From FCB group bacterium (GTDB lineage Bacteria > Fidelibacterota > Marinisomatia > Marinisomatales > JAADGP01), in NCBI GenBank assembly GCA_013152315.1, contig JAADGP010000048.1:1-16055 (forward strand): 16,055 bases of DNA, given 5' to 3'. A model generated the notes under the pieces. It was not told the origin of the DNA. It was given only the letters and a program-made list of their open reading frames with translations, and did no database searches. Below are positions 7,964 to 16,055 of this stretch, in pieces. A program made the position numbers and the translations under genes. The first letter of the stretch is position 1; each line of letters starts with the position of its first letter.

Positions 7964-8772
7964 TTTATTTCCTGCCGTTTACTTTGGGGAACAAAAGTCA
8001 TGAGTTTTTCCCGAATAAGGAGCGGATGTTCCTTGGCATGGATACTGATAATTCCCTCCACAATGATATTTTTCAACATCAGTTCCTCTTCGGATTTACG
8101 CTTTAACTTTCCTCCGATAGGCAGAAACACCAGATTGGACAACAACACACCGTAAAAAGTCGTAATCAGGGCCAGTCCCATGCCACTTAACAGCTCGGCG
8201 AATTTCTTGGCTACGTCAAATTCAATGGTATCGATGGTAGCTCCATTCCCACCGGAAAAATTATTCATCATTATAATCAATCCCATGACGGTCCCCAGCA
8301 TCCCGAAAGCCGGTGCATAAGCCCCCATGTAAAAGAAAATTTCCTGTCCGTTACTGTGGCGACGCACAATGTTGCTTAATTCCAAATTAAGGTAGGTACG
8401 GAGCCGCCCGGCATCGCGTTCGTTAATAGCCAGTTCAATCCCATTCCGCAAAAATTTGTTGCTGATCTTATCCAGATCAGCTTCTAAGGACATAATCCCC
8501 GATTTACGGGCCTTTTCCGCCTTCTCCACCAATTCGTCAATCCAGTTCTGATAACTGTAGTCCTCGTCGGTAAACACGTTTTTTAATACTTTAAACAGGC
8601 CTAATACGTTCTTAAGCGGATAGTTCACCAGCGTTGCCGCAAGGGTGCCGCCCAACACAATCATAATTGAATTGAAGCTGAAAAACCAATATAAATCACC
8701 GCCGCCACGCCAGACTCCGATACCAATAATGCCCAGACCGGCAAGCAAACCAATGGCTGTCCCAAAATCCAT
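7960..8772 (-). CDS. MotA/PomA-type stator channel subunit (module 2)
   Basis: 270 aa, clearly paralogous to 5577-6407 along its full length. Shared features include LGGTLAAT, YAPAFGMLGTVMGL, TTFYGVLLSNLVFLPIGGKL and ARKSGIMSLE (R89/E97). Confidence 0.88.
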   Translation of the reverse strand: MDFGTAIGLLAGLGIIGIGVWRGGGDLYWFFSFNSIMIVLGGTLAATLVNYPLKNVLGLFKVLKNVFTDEDYSYQNWIDELVEKAEKARKSGIMSLEADLDKISNKFLRNGIELAINERDAGRLRTYLNLELSNIVRRHSNGQEIFFYMGAYAPAFGMLGTVMGLIIMMNNFSGGNGATIDTIEFDVAKKFAELLSGMGLALITTFYGVLLSNLVFLPIGGKLKRKSEEELMLKNIIVEGIISIHAKEHPLLIREKLMTFVPQSKRQEIK

Positions 8773-8944
8773 AAAAGGTCCCCAAATTTAATTTAGCGGT
8801 GTGAAGTTATTGCCTCCGACGGTGGAAGGTCAAGCGTTCTCACGTAACTTCCGTATTGAAATTTAGATAAGAGGAATATATATTCATTCAACTGTTTATT
8901 CTGTATTATGATCTTTAACGGTAACAAATATAAGGTACAATATT

Positions 8945-10333
8945 ATGAAATACCCATTGTGTATGTTCGTTTACATTGTGCTGAACGGTCATCTTTTCGG
9001 ACAAGTTATTGATTCTTTTGGCGATGGTGATTTTTCCAATAATCCGGTTTGGGTCGGTGAGACCGGTTCATGGCAAATCGTTACCCGGGCAAGTTCCGGT
9101 CCGAACGCTTCAAATTCGTACACTCTGCGTCTTAATGCACCGGACGACAATTCCTCTTCTCAATATATCGCTACCCAAAAATCCGGTTCCTGGGGCGGCG
9201 AACAATCCTGGGGTTTTTGGATAGGCCGCAGATCCTCTTCGCCCGCCACGTCCGGTAACTACAGTGTGGTTTGGCTCTGGGCCAATGAATCTAATCTGGA
9301 ATCCACTACCGTGGACGGGTACCGGATTCGATTCGGCGATAGTTCGGGAGATGATGAAATCCTTTTACAACGCGTTGACAATGGTAACGTGACTACGATT
9401 CTGACTTCCGCGGACGCAATCGCCAACGGGCTGGATGATATCGGGTTTTTAATCCGGGTCACCAGGAACAGTAATTCCATCTGGACGCTTTACACTTCGC
9501 AATTACCGACCGCCAGCGGAGAACTATACGGGGCTACCACCACACCAACTCCGGACAATACACCGGTTAACCAAGGCAGTGTGACTGATAACACGTACAC
9601 CTCTTTTGATGACGGTTATTTCGGATTTATGGCGATTCACACGACCAGTTCAATCGCACGCCAGGGAGCTGAATTCGACCAATTATATTTTGACCCCAAC
9701 AGCGATTCCTCCCTACCAGTCGAATTGAGCTTTTGGAGGATCAGAAATGAAAACACAACGGTAATTATCGATTGGACCACCGAATCGGAGATTAACAACC
9801 TGGGCTTTATAATAGACCGGCGAGAAATCGCCGAAGATCGATCCCCGCTAATTTCGCAAAGCGACTGGATCAAGATTGCCGGTTATAAAACCGATCACCG
9901 ATTGGCGGGACAGGGATCGGTAACACACCGCACCCATTATTCCTTTACCGACACGGATGTTCGCCCGCACCGGACCTACCAATATCGGTTATCCGACGTG
10001 GATTACTCCGGCAACGTGACCAACCACGGAATAAAAACCATCACCGTTAAAACAGAAGCCATTGCCTGGGGCGCCGCCTGTCCCAATCCTTTTAATCCCA
10101 ATCTCCGGATATCCTTACAGCTCGCGGAACCATCTCCGATTATGGTTAACGTATACGATCTCCGCGGAAGCCGTGTGGCTTCGTTAATCGATGAAACACT
10201 TTCGGAAGGGAGGTATACCATTAGTTGGGAAGGAAAGAACGATCGGGGGATTCCGGTCCCCGGCGGCGTTTATTTTATCCGGTTACGGAGCAAAAGTGAC
10301 ACGAAAATCCAAAAAGTCGTGTTAATCCGTTAA
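8945..10333 (+). CDS. Secreted lectin/LamG-like protein with T9SS-type C-terminal sorting domain
   Basis: N-terminal hydrophobic leader MKYPLCMFVYIVLNGHLFGQ. The jelly-roll-like N-domain begins FGDGDFSNNPVWVGETGSWQI. The middle domain starts LPVELSFW...IDWTTESEINNLGFIIDRRE...YQYRLSDVDYSGN (from 9713). The last 84 aa (10079-10330) read CPNPFNPNLRISLQL...GGVYFIRLRSKSDTKIQKVVLIR, the pattern of Por_Secre_tail / FlgD-Ig-like CTDs common in FCB-group bacteria. Confidence 0.7.
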   Translation: MKYPLCMFVYIVLNGHLFGQVIDSFGDGDFSNNPVWVGETGSWQIVTRASSGPNASNSYTLRLNAPDDNSSSQYIATQKSGSWGGEQSWGFWIGRRSSSPATSGNYSVVWLWANESNLESTTVDGYRIRFGDSSGDDEILLQRVDNGNVTTILTSADAIANGLDDIGFLIRVTRNSNSIWTLYTSQLPTASGELYGATTTPTPDNTPVNQGSVTDNTYTSFDDGYFGFMAIHTTSSIARQGAEFDQLYFDPNSDSSLPVELSFWRIRNENTTVIIDWTTESEINNLGFIIDRREIAEDRSPLISQSDWIKIAGYKTDHRLAGQGSVTHRTHYSFTDTDVRPHRTYQYRLSDVDYSGNVTNHGIKTITVKTEAIAWGAACPNPFNPNLRISLQLAEPSPIMVNVYDLRGSRVASLIDETLSEGRYTISWEGKNDRGIPVPGGVYFIRLRSKSDTKIQKVVLIR

Positions 10334-11148
10334 TCCTTTTTCTTCTGTTCCTGGGATAATTTTCGGCTGGCGCTGTACAAGTCCGCCTTTTCTTTTTCCG
10401 TCAGTCCTTCATACCCCACCCGGTTAATTTTATCCAGTAACCGGTCGATCTCTTTCTGCAATTCCCGCCTTTTTGATAAACGCCGTTCTTCCCGCAGACT
10501 TTTCAGATCCACAACCCGTCGACGAAAAGCAATCTTCAGATTTCGCCATTGTTGATCCGACCGCAAATACAAATAACCAACCAACATGCCGGACAAATGG
10601 GTCAAATTGCTGATTTTCGAGGTTGTATCGAAAGATGAGAAAAAGGCCAGAGCTCCGATAAGAAGCACAAACCATTTTACTTTGACGGGAAACAGAAAAT
10701 AAATATACACCGTGCGGTTCGGGAACATTAAACCGTAGGCCATCAGGATACCGTAGATCGCTCCACTTGCACCTATCAGAATGGCGTAAGGATTGGTAAT
10801 ATTAAACAACAGCCAGATCAATCCCGAGCCGATACCGGTTATAAAGTAATATTTTAAAAATGCCTTTCGGCCCCAAACCATTTCCAGCTCCGTGCCGAAC
10901 ATCCACAACACAAACATATTAATGGTAACGTGCCAAAATCCGCCGTGAATAAACATATAGGTTACCGGCTGCCAAATCATTGGGAATACGGTGCTGGCAG
11001 AAAGTCCGAATACCCGGGTTAAAACCGGAGCCAGCGTCCGCATTAAATACAAAACAATGTTTATTCCGATCAGGATCTTGATTGCATCGGTAAAGATCCG
11101 CGGTTTCCAGGAAAATTGTCCGTATTCCGATTGAAACTGGTAGCGCAT
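10330..11148 (-). CDS. Rhomboid-family intramembrane serine protease with charged C-terminal cytoplasmic extension
   Basis: WQPVTYMFIHGGFWHVTINMFVLWMFG, the catalytic GASGAIYGIL (GxSG) and a downstream HLSGMLVGY His motif. The roughly 75-aa Lys/Arg/Glu-rich tail (RRRVVDLKSLREERRLSKRRELQKEIDRLLDKIN...QEQKKKD) looks like a coiled coil. Confidence 0.9.
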   Translation of the reverse strand: MRYQFQSEYGQFSWKPRIFTDAIKILIGINIVLYLMRTLAPVLTRVFGLSASTVFPMIWQPVTYMFIHGGFWHVTINMFVLWMFGTELEMVWGRKAFLKYYFITGIGSGLIWLLFNITNPYAILIGASGAIYGILMAYGLMFPNRTVYIYFLFPVKVKWFVLLIGALAFFSSFDTTSKISNLTHLSGMLVGYLYLRSDQQWRNLKIAFRRRVVDLKSLREERRLSKRRELQKEIDRLLDKINRVGYEGLTEKEKADLYSASRKLSQEQKKKD

Positions 11149-11149
11149 T

Positions 11150-12007
11150 CTAATTCCGGTATTTTAACTGACGGACTTTAATACGATTCTTTACATTCAT
11201 CAAGGGGGTCATTGCGCTGGGCGGCGCTTCCGGCACCGTCAACTGCGGCATACGGAAAATCGACACCTTAAGTTTCGGATCCTGTTGCAGGGCATAAGCC
11301 GCGCTCACAAACAAATCCCGGGGAAAGAACCCTTTAATTTGTTCATATCCCAAAGCGTTTAATCCATCGCGAATAATGGTCGCGCAACTGCGGGTGAAAA
11401 AGTTGAAATCGGCATACTTCTCCGGTCGTTTCGGATCGGGAGGCGTGTTTTTAATACGGTCCAATTCGGCGTGGTAGAAGGCTTTCAGCCGGTCGGTGTC
11501 AATTCCTTCCACGTGCACCACATGGATGGTACGCATAAAATTCCGGCCGAACTTGTCGTAATAGGGACGGCCATTCTCCAATTCGACAAATTTGCCGGTT
11601 GTCGGAGAAGGGGCAAACTCACCCAACGCCGGCCGGTAAAAATATTCTTCCTTCGTCATTGCTTCATTTTCATTCGCCAAATGGGAGAAATTAAAGATTT
11701 CTCCGCAAATGTTTATCGCCGTGTGTCCAAAAGCGGAAGCCCAGTACTTTACTAACCGTTCGTTGTAATAAAGTTCCATGAAGGGTCTTTCCGGAAACGG
11801 GTCATCGGGCCACATGATCACAATTCTCTTTCCCGTTTCGTAATCGCGCTGCGGAATACGCCGCGCCAAAACCGGTTTTCCCGACCAGTGTTTAAGATAC
11901 CCCTCCCAAATTCGATCCTCTTCCAGGAAGTGTTCGCCGTTCGGACCAAGAAGATAGGATTTTTCCCCTTCCACCGTCAGGATTCCCTTATATACGACTC
12001 CTTCCAT
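11150..12007 (-). CDS. Hypothetical cytoplasmic protein; possible permuted-papain (PPPDE/DeSI-like) thiol hydrolase
   Basis: 285-aa ORF with an ATG start and no signal peptide. ELYYNERLVKYWASAFGHTAINICGEIFNFSH, and about 110 aa later FNFFTRSCATIIRDGLNALG, resemble the His-then-Cys arrangement of PPPDE-type peptidases (HTG..V.G.EY.FG ... Y.L...NCNHF). Similarity is judged by eye only. It sits 1 nt from recO and 1 nt from the rhomboid gene. Confidence 0.35.
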   Translation of the reverse strand: MEGVVYKGILTVEGEKSYLLGPNGEHFLEEDRIWEGYLKHWSGKPVLARRIPQRDYETGKRIVIMWPDDPFPERPFMELYYNERLVKYWASAFGHTAINICGEIFNFSHLANENEAMTKEEYFYRPALGEFAPSPTTGKFVELENGRPYYDKFGRNFMRTIHVVHVEGIDTDRLKAFYHAELDRIKNTPPDPKRPEKYADFNFFTRSCATIIRDGLNALGYEQIKGFFPRDLFVSAAYALQQDPKLKVSIFRMPQLTVPEAPPSAMTPLMNVKNRIKVRQLKYRN

Positions 12008-12008
12008 C

Positions 12009-12695
12009 TCAGGTCAATATTTGTTTGATTACGGAGAAAGATTTCAACTCTTTCAAACCCTCAAAATGGTACTGCAGATATAAGGATAAATATTCGCTGA
12101 TTGCCTTTCTGTCTCTTGCCGTAACCGTAACCTTCGGTAATGATTCCAGTGTTCCTTTCTGCAAACTGTTCAAAATGATTCTGCTGTTGGGCCCCGAGTA
12201 GGGGTCGGGAAGCCGCAGTCCCGGGAAATCGCGTTTTTCAAAGTCCGGCTGAAAACCGAGGATTTTTAACAATTGTATTTCGTAGTGCCAAAAAACAAGA
12301 TTGAGCTGTTCGGAACGTGCATTAAAAGCACGTAAGGTCTCAACCAATTTATCGAATAAGTCCCGGTGGGGGTCGTGGTCGGTTACTGTTTTATCAGTGA
12401 GTTCTATCGCGGCCAAACTGTACGTGATTTTCTTCAAATCGTCACGAATCCGGGGCCAGGTTTCAACAAAGCCGGCTTTTGATATCGTTTGCAATTCCCT
12501 GGTTTCTTTGTAGAAAAAAATCAGATCCAAATAGTTCGTGGGTTGAAAATAGGCCGCCAGCGGGGCTTTTTTCCTCCGCGCACCGCGAACCAGCAAATTT
12601 ACCTTGCCCATTTCCCGGGTAAAGCAGCGGGTCGTTAAACTGGTTTCGCTATAGGGAAAACTTTTGAGGACGATGGCCGGTGTCTGGACAATCAT
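12009..12695 (-). CDS. recO: DNA repair/recombination mediator RecO
   Basis: The N-terminal OB-fold pattern PAIVLKSFPYSETSLTTRCFTREMGKVNLLVRGARRKK and the overall length of 228 aa are typical of RecO. Confidence 0.85.
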   Translation of the reverse strand: MIVQTPAIVLKSFPYSETSLTTRCFTREMGKVNLLVRGARRKKAPLAAYFQPTNYLDLIFFYKETRELQTISKAGFVETWPRIRDDLKKITYSLAAIELTDKTVTDHDPHRDLFDKLVETLRAFNARSEQLNLVFWHYEIQLLKILGFQPDFEKRDFPGLRLPDPYSGPNSRIILNSLQKGTLESLPKVTVTARDRKAISEYLSLYLQYHFEGLKELKSFSVIKQILT

Positions 12696-12872
12696 GGGGA
12701 CCCGTACAACTTTGTCCCCCGTTTCCGAACCGTTACCTGTTTTTGCAAACCGAACACCTCCTTCCGGTCCCTGATGGATGATTGCTCTCCCCTGGGCAAA
12801 TCAACCCGGTACTCTCATATCCGATTATTGCAAAATTACTTAACACGCATTGTCTTCGGAAAATTATTTGGG

Positions 12873-14342
12873 TTAATACGCTTTGGCGAAAATTACCTCG
12901 TACCGGGCCGGTTTTCCACTGTAAATACAGGTCAATCCTTCCGGGTTACCGTCAAAAGGGATACATCGAATGGTGGCTTTCGTTTCATTTTTGATTGCCG
13001 CTTCGGTTTCTTCCGTACCATCCCAGCCGCAACGGACAAAGCCACCCTTATTGGCAATAACATCGCGAAATTCCTCATAGGAAGTTAACCGGTACGTATT
13101 TTCTTCGCGGAAAGCCAGAGCCTGATCATACAATTCCCGCTGTATGTCATCAAGCAATTCGGGCACGATTTCACCCAACCGTTCCTTGTCCACCACGGTC
13201 TTCTCACCTTTGTCCCTTCTTGCCAGCACGACTTTATTGTTGGCAACATCCCTGGGACCGATTTCCATCCGCAACGGCGCGCCCTTCATCTCCCATTCGT
13301 TAAATTTGAATCCCGGGGAATTGTCGGTCCAGTCTTCGTGGACGCGGATTCCCTTTTCCTTAAGTGTCGTAACAATCGGGGCCAGGAATGAACGAACCGC
13401 TTCGCGATCGTCATCGCTACGGAAAATAGGGACAACAACCACCTGGTAAGGCGCTATCCGCGGTGGCAACCGCAACCCTTTGTCGTCCCCATGGGCAAGG
13501 ATGATGGCTCCAATAAGCCGGGTACTGACGCCCCAACTGGTCGCGTAAACGTATTTCTCCTGATTGTCACGGGTTTGAAAGGTGACATCAAAAGCCTTGG
13601 CAAAGTTTTGTCCTAAATTGTGGGATGTTCCGGCCTGGAGCGCGCGTTTATCGCCCATCATGGCCTCGATGCACACGGTTTTTTCCGCCCCGGCGAATTT
13701 TTCCGATTCGGTTTTCACACCGGTAATCACCGGAATTGCCAGGAAATCTTCCGCCAATTGTCGATAGACCTCCAGCATTTTCAAGGTTTCTTCTTCCGCT
13801 TCTTCAGCCGTGGCGTGGGCGGTATGACCCTCCTGCCATAAAAATTCGGTGGTTCTTAAGAACAGGCGCGTTCTCATTTCCCAACGCACAACATTGGCCC
13901 ACTGATTAATCAACAACGGCAAATCACGGTACGACTGAATCCATTTCTTGTACATGGACCAAATCACCGTCTCCGAAGTGGGACGCACAATCACCTCTTC
14001 CTCCAGGCGCGATTCCGGATCAACGATGATATCTCCGTCCTCCGTAGCCTTCAGACGGGTATGGGTAACGATAGCACACTCCTTGGCGAATCCTTCCACG
14101 TGGGCGGCTTCCCGCGCTAAAAAAGACTTGGGAATAAACAAGGGAAAGTAGGCGTTGACATGCCCGGTTTCCTTAATCATGTCATCCAGGGATTTCTTGA
14201 TATTATCCCACAACGCGAACCCATACGGTTTAATCACCATGGTCCCTTTCACGGGTCCGTAATCGGCCAGGCCGGCCCGGCTGATTACTTCGGTGTACCA
14301 GGCGGCATAATCTTTTGAGCGGGGAGTAATTCCTTTAGACAT
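12873..14342 (-). CDS. proS: Prolyl-tRNA synthetase, archaeal/eukaryote-like type (no INS editing domain)
   Basis: [41 protein letters not shown]..., class II motifs, an [11 protein letters not shown] anticodon-domain linker and a Cys-containing C-terminal domain ending in ...FAKAY. A terminal Tyr is characteristic of this ProRS type. 489 aa, with an AAGGAAG RBS upstream. Confidence 0.95.
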   Translation of the reverse strand: MSKGITPRSKDYAAWYTEVISRAGLADYGPVKGTMVIKPYGFALWDNIKKSLDDMIKETGHVNAYFPLFIPKSFLAREAAHVEGFAKECAIVTHTRLKATEDGDIIVDPESRLEEEVIVRPTSETVIWSMYKKWIQSYRDLPLLINQWANVVRWEMRTRLFLRTTEFLWQEGHTAHATAEEAEEETLKMLEVYRQLAEDFLAIPVITGVKTESEKFAGAEKTVCIEAMMGDKRALQAGTSHNLGQNFAKAFDVTFQTRDNQEKYVYATSWGVSTRLIGAIILAHGDDKGLRLPPRIAPYQVVVVPIFRSDDDREAVRSFLAPIVTTLKEKGIRVHEDWTDNSPGFKFNEWEMKGAPLRMEIGPRDVANNKVVLARRDKGEKTVVDKERLGEIVPELLDDIQRELYDQALAFREENTYRLTSYEEFRDVIANKGGFVRCGWDGTEETEAAIKNETKATIRCIPFDGNPEGLTCIYSGKPARYEVIFAKAY

Positions 14343-14753
14343 AAAGCTTCCTTTATTTTAACTACAGAAATTTTGGTATTAAGATCCGATAATGCCTGCG
14401 GACGATATGAATACTAAGCATTAAAAAGGGTAATTTTAACCGTAAATAACCGACGGGAAAATTAGCGGGGATCGGGAGGGCTTTCCAACAGAAAGGTTTG
14501 GCTTTATAAAATCCCCACCAATCTACGCCAAGATTGCTCATGATATAACAGCAATGAATTATCGGACTGACACCCTGTTTCTTCTATTTGCCCTTCTCCA
14601 CTAAGCGGATAAGCCCGTATTCTTTTGAATCATAATGCAATCGATATCCAGTTTTTTTGGCTCTTGAATCCTGTCTTCCACCCCCTCCGGGAACGCCCAG
14701 CTTTATCTTTCATCGCTACTCCAAATGCGCCTATTTTCCTTCGAACTATTGTT

Positions 14754-16055
14754 ATGAAAGGACAAACAATTCTCGCTTTGTTTATCGGATCGGTCATGTC
14801 TGTGCTTATGGCGGAAAAGGGAACAACACTTTTTACCGATTGCCACGTGTTCGGGTACCCGGAGGCGAATGCAATTCTAAGCGAAAACGGCACCATCACG
14901 GTAATCGGCTCCGCCACCGATTTCTCCGCTGAAGATACCGTGTCCCTGAAAGGCGGCTATCTTTATCCCGGTTTTACCGACGCGCATCTTCACTTGACAG
15001 GATTGGGCTGGTCCCTGGAGGTTCTGGACCTGGTCGGGACCAAATCAGCGGAAGAAATTGTGGCTCTGGTTTCCGAAGCGACAACCCGAACCGGAAAACG
15101 GCGCTGGATCCAAGGGCGGGGTTGGGACCAAAACGATTGGGCAATTCCGGAATACCCAACCAAAAACCTGCTGGACCGCGTAGCGCCGGACGTTCCCGTC
15201 TGTTTACGCCGCATTGACGGCCACGCCGTCTGGGTAAATTCACGTGCCCTGGAAATTGCCGGTATCACGGCCGATTTCGCCGATCCGGACGGCGGTAAAA
15301 TCCTGCGCGACGAACACGGCGCCCCCACGGGAATTCTGATCGACAATGCCATCGCCCTGGTTGTCTCCCACATCCCTCCCGACACAAAAGAAGACAAGCG
15401 GCGTTACGTTTTGCGGGCAACCGCCCTGCTCAATTCCCTGGGAATCACCGCGGTCCACGATGCCGGTACCGACGCGGAAACCATTGCCGTTTTAAAAGAA
15501 CTTACCGCCGAAAACGCTCTTCCCCTCCGGGTTTATGCCATGTTAAACAACCAACCCGAGGACTATCAGGTATTCCTGGAATCCGGGCCTGAAACAGGCA
15601 ATCCCTTTTTAAAAGTGCGCGCAGTCAAATTATACCTGGACGGAGCTTTGGGCTCCCGGGGAGCCGCTTTATTGGCGCCCTATACCGACGATCCCCTTAA
15701 TTACGGTCTCATACTGACCGATTCCAGTGTGATTGCCCGGCAGGTTCAACGATTTAATACGGCTGGTTTTCAGGTCTGTGTTCATTGTATCGGAGACCGG
15801 GCCAATCGGATTGCGCTTGACATATTCGAGAACCTACGTCGCGTTATTCCCGGGGACCACCGCAACCGGATCGAACATGCGCAGATCGTTCACCGCCGGG
15901 ACATTCCCCGCTTCGCGATCCTGAACGTCATCCCCTCCATGCAAGCCACGCACTGTACCAGTGACATGTACTGGGCTGACGAACGACTGGGACCGGCGCG
16001 CCTGGAAGAGGCCTACCCCTGGCAATCGCTGGTGCGGTCCGGATCGATCATTGCC
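14754..16055 (+). CDS. Secreted metal-dependent amidohydrolase, YtcJ-like (Amidohydro_3), 3' end beyond window
   Basis: Absent from the ORF track because it is an edge ORF. My translation from the ATG at 14754 is open for 434 codons to the window end. It reads MKGQTILALFIGSVMSVLMAEKG (signal peptide) ...GGYLYPGFTDAHLHLTGLG (HxH metal site)...RRIDGHAVWVNSRALEIAGI...VKLYLDGALGSRGAALL...HCIGDRANR...RIEHAQ. Confidence 0.85.
   Translation, partial: MKGQTILALFIGSVMSVLMAEKGTTLFTDCHVFGYPEANAILSENGTITVIGSATDFSAEDTVSLKGGYLYPGFTDAHLHLTGLGWSLEVLDLVGTKSAEEIVALVSEATTRTGKRRWIQGRGWDQNDWAIPEYPTKNLLDRVAPDVPVCLRRIDGHAVWVNSRALEIAGITADFADPDGGKILRDEHGAPTGILIDNAIALVVSHIPPDTKEDKRRYVLRATALLNSLGITAVHDAGTDAETIAVLKELTAENALPLRVYAMLNNQPEDYQVFLESGPETGNPFLKVRAVKLYLDGALGSRGAALLAPYTDDPLNYGLILTDSSVIARQVQRFNTAGFQVCVHCIGDRANRIALDIFENLRRVIPGDHRNRIEHAQIVHRRDIPRFAILNVIPSMQATHCTSDMYWADERLGPARLEEAYPWQSLVRSGSIIA

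Noticed and set aside
4192-8772. Could the MotA/MotB-like genes be a Zorya-type (ZorAB) anti-phage system?
   Set aside because: The MotA-like proteins are 270-276 aa with no long C-terminal tail of the kind ZorA carries. No ZorC/ZorD-like (or ZorE) genes follow. The flanks are housekeeping genes rather than a defence island.
4192-8772. Could they be ExbB/ExbD or TolQ/TolR systems?
   Set aside because: The A subunits have 4-TM MotA topology with a large TM2-TM3 cytoplasmic loop and the MotA/PomA Arg/Glu pair. The B subunits are about 235-243 aa with OmpA-like peptidoglycan-binding domains, unlike the ~140-aa ExbD/TolR. No TonB, TolA, TolB or Pal gene is adjacent.
8773-8944. Repeated AAATTTA-containing words (8785-8797 and 8859-8868) in the MotA-2/cargo divergent spacer as possible operator sites
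   Set aside because: The repeats are short, imperfect and AT-rich, and are not distinguishable from the compositional background.
12696-12719. Hairpin GGGGAC(12696-12701)/GTCCCC(12714-12719), with a 12-nt loop, directly abutting the recO start codon
   Set aside because: The inverted repeat is real, but the stem is short and the loop large. No U-tract follows, so it is not a terminator for proS. A translational-control role is pure speculation without conservation data.
14630-15458. ORFs 14630-14917(-), 14657-14932(+), 14974-15243(-), 14990-15397(-), 15240-15458(-), and also 15733-15924(+) and 15834-16025(-)
   Set aside because: All overlap the 434-codon open amidohydrolase frame, which has clear HxH and other family motifs. 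They are shadow ORFs, Arg/Pro/Gly-rich from GC-rich codon complements.

Overview
Gene-dense chromosomal window with 16 protein-coding genes. By eye I found no rRNA, tRNA, CRISPR array, IS element or long repeat. All family calls come from reading motifs in the translations; no database search was possible. Left to right: (1) minus strand, a Wzx/MOP-type polysaccharide flippase truncated by the window edge and a FemAB/GNAT-like transferase, probably the end of a glycan locus. (2) Plus strand, eno followed by an FtsB/DivIC-like gene whose membrane anchor lies upstream of any canonical start codon. (3) Minus strand, six genes forming two tandem paralogous MotA/MotB-type stator modules. Module 2 is MotA 7960-8772, MotB 7232-7963 and a secreted SH3b/Ig-like protein 6639-7223. 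Module 1 is MotA 5577-6407, a MotB paralog lacking the channel aspartate 4880-5587, and a MotB paralog retaining it 4192-4893. (4) Plus strand, a divergently transcribed secreted lectin-like protein with a T9SS-type C-terminal sorting domain, which hints at an FCB-superphylum host. (5) Minus strand, a tightly packed recO / unknown His-Cys protein / rhomboid protease string. (6) Minus strand, an archaeal/eukaryote-type proS. (7) Plus strand, the 5' part of a secreted YtcJ-like amidohydrolase. The most unusual content is the duplicated stator block with non-canonical third genes. Both MotA copies keep the rotor-interacting Arg/Glu pair, so ordinary redundant flagellar stators remain the conservative explanation. 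The Asp-less MotB and the secreted SH3b/Ig-like partner do not fit the textbook two-gene stator operon.
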